Positions 25,171 to 25,739 of a DNA stretch of 25,739 nucleotides are shown piece after piece. Within the stretch, counting starts at the first letter, position 1; every line of letters begins with the position of its first letter. The notes under the pieces are model-generated. The model had not been told where the DNA came from and did no database searches. It saw only the letters and a program-made list of their open reading frames with translations. This DNA is from a virus (lineage: Duplodnaviria; Caudoviricetes): positions 1 to 25,739 of IMG/VR virus record IMGVR_UViG_3300024275_000027. The stretch is one strand, 5' to 3'. The translations under genes were made by a program, and so were the position numbers.

Positions 25171-25171
25171 G
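25145..25171. repeat. 27-bp direct repeat, copy 2
   Basis: gctggggtagtggcggggatggtcatg; 1449 bp from copy 1. Confidence 0.9.
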
Positions 25172-25619
25172 TCAGCCATGATCTTCCTTTGAGGATGTCT
25201 CGGATTGTTGCTCTGTCTACTCCGAATTCCCTAGACAGCGCATGTGCTCCATGCGTCGATGAGCCCTTTACGTATTTCGCTTTGATCTCATCCACTTGGC
25301 ACCTTGTGAGCTTTGCCTTTGGATTGCTGTCCCCTCGCCTGTCTCCGTTGTAATCCCTGCCGCGCTCCAGCATGTCGCGGACGTTATCTTTCGCCGTGCC
25401 AGGCCGAAGATGCGATGGATTTACGCATGACGGGTTGTCGCAGCCATGCAAGACCATTACTCCCGACAACTCTGAAATGTGGAGGCCGCGCGATTCGGCG
25501 TACGCTACGCGGTGCGCAAGCACGCCATTCTTTCCGTTGTAATGGCGCCTCCCATACCCTTGGCTGTTCTTGCTCCCGATGAACTCTATGCATTCATCTG
25601 GACTAAATTCCTCACGCAT
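25167..25619 (-). CDS. HNH endonuclease with C-terminal HTH (free-standing homing-endonuclease type)
   Basis: GYG...AHRVAY...VLHGCDNPSCVNPSHL...DN motif; KLT...LSREFGVDRATIRDI HTH; start reassigned to ATG 25619 (GGAG RBS). Confidence 0.9.
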   Translation of the reverse strand: MREEFSPDECIEFIGSKNSQGYGRRHYNGKNGVLAHRVAYAESRGLHISELSGVMVLHGCDNPSCVNPSHLRPGTAKDNVRDMLERGRDYNGDRRGDSNPKAKLTRCQVDEIKAKYVKGSSTHGAHALSREFGVDRATIRDILKGRSWLT

Positions 25620-25739
25620 CGCCAGTCTCCCCATTGGGCGCCTCAGCGGCGGCGAGCGGAGAGTCGGGGAGCGACATCCAGTGGGTGACCTCGTCGCCGT
25701 CGTTGCAGACCCGAAGCCACGAAGTGTCATAGTCCGGGT
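25612..25739 (-). CDS. 3' end of a DUF551-like gene (truncated by the window edge; not in the ORF track)
   Basis: Frame from 25737 reads PDYDTSWLRVCNDGDEVTHWMSLPDSP...GDA*; VTHWMxLP is the DUF551 signature; its stop overlaps the HNH start. Confidence 0.75.
   Translation of the reverse strand, partial: PDYDTSWLRVCNDGDEVTHWMSLPDSPLAAAEAPNGETGDA

Noticed and set aside
1-25739. tRNA, rRNA, CRISPR array, IS element
   Set aside because: No cloverleaf, repeat-spacer periodicity or transposase motifs were found by eye.

Overview
This window is most of the late region of a P22/Sf6-like podovirus or prophage from a GC-rich Gram-negative host (two-component spanins are present). The + strand carries terS, terL, portal, scaffold, P22-type coat, a two-gene accessory unit (193 aa protein + SGNH esterase), a gp4-like adaptor, a gp10-like hub, a needle-position protein, an AspH-family 2OG-Fe(II) hydroxylase + GNAT pair, three ejection proteins (the largest with a lytic transglycosylase domain), a tailspike, a second fibre, and a GH19 endolysin/holin/spanin lysis cassette. 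Two virion-like genes between gp4 and gp10 are inverted. The right end (- strand) is an early accessory region: truncated DUF551 gene, HNH endonuclease, QueF-like T-fold protein, TGT/DpdA-like transglycosylase, a small hypothetical and a Lar-like protein. The best candidate for a new system is the minimal QueF-like + DpdA-like (7-deazaguanine DNA modification-like) cassette. It is bracketed by a 27-bp direct repeat that encodes the same N-terminus (MTxPATTPA) for two unrelated genes. Also notable are a heavily structured non-coding left end and a candidate pseudoknot leader on the scaffold gene. All family calls come from motif recognition by eye; no searches were run.
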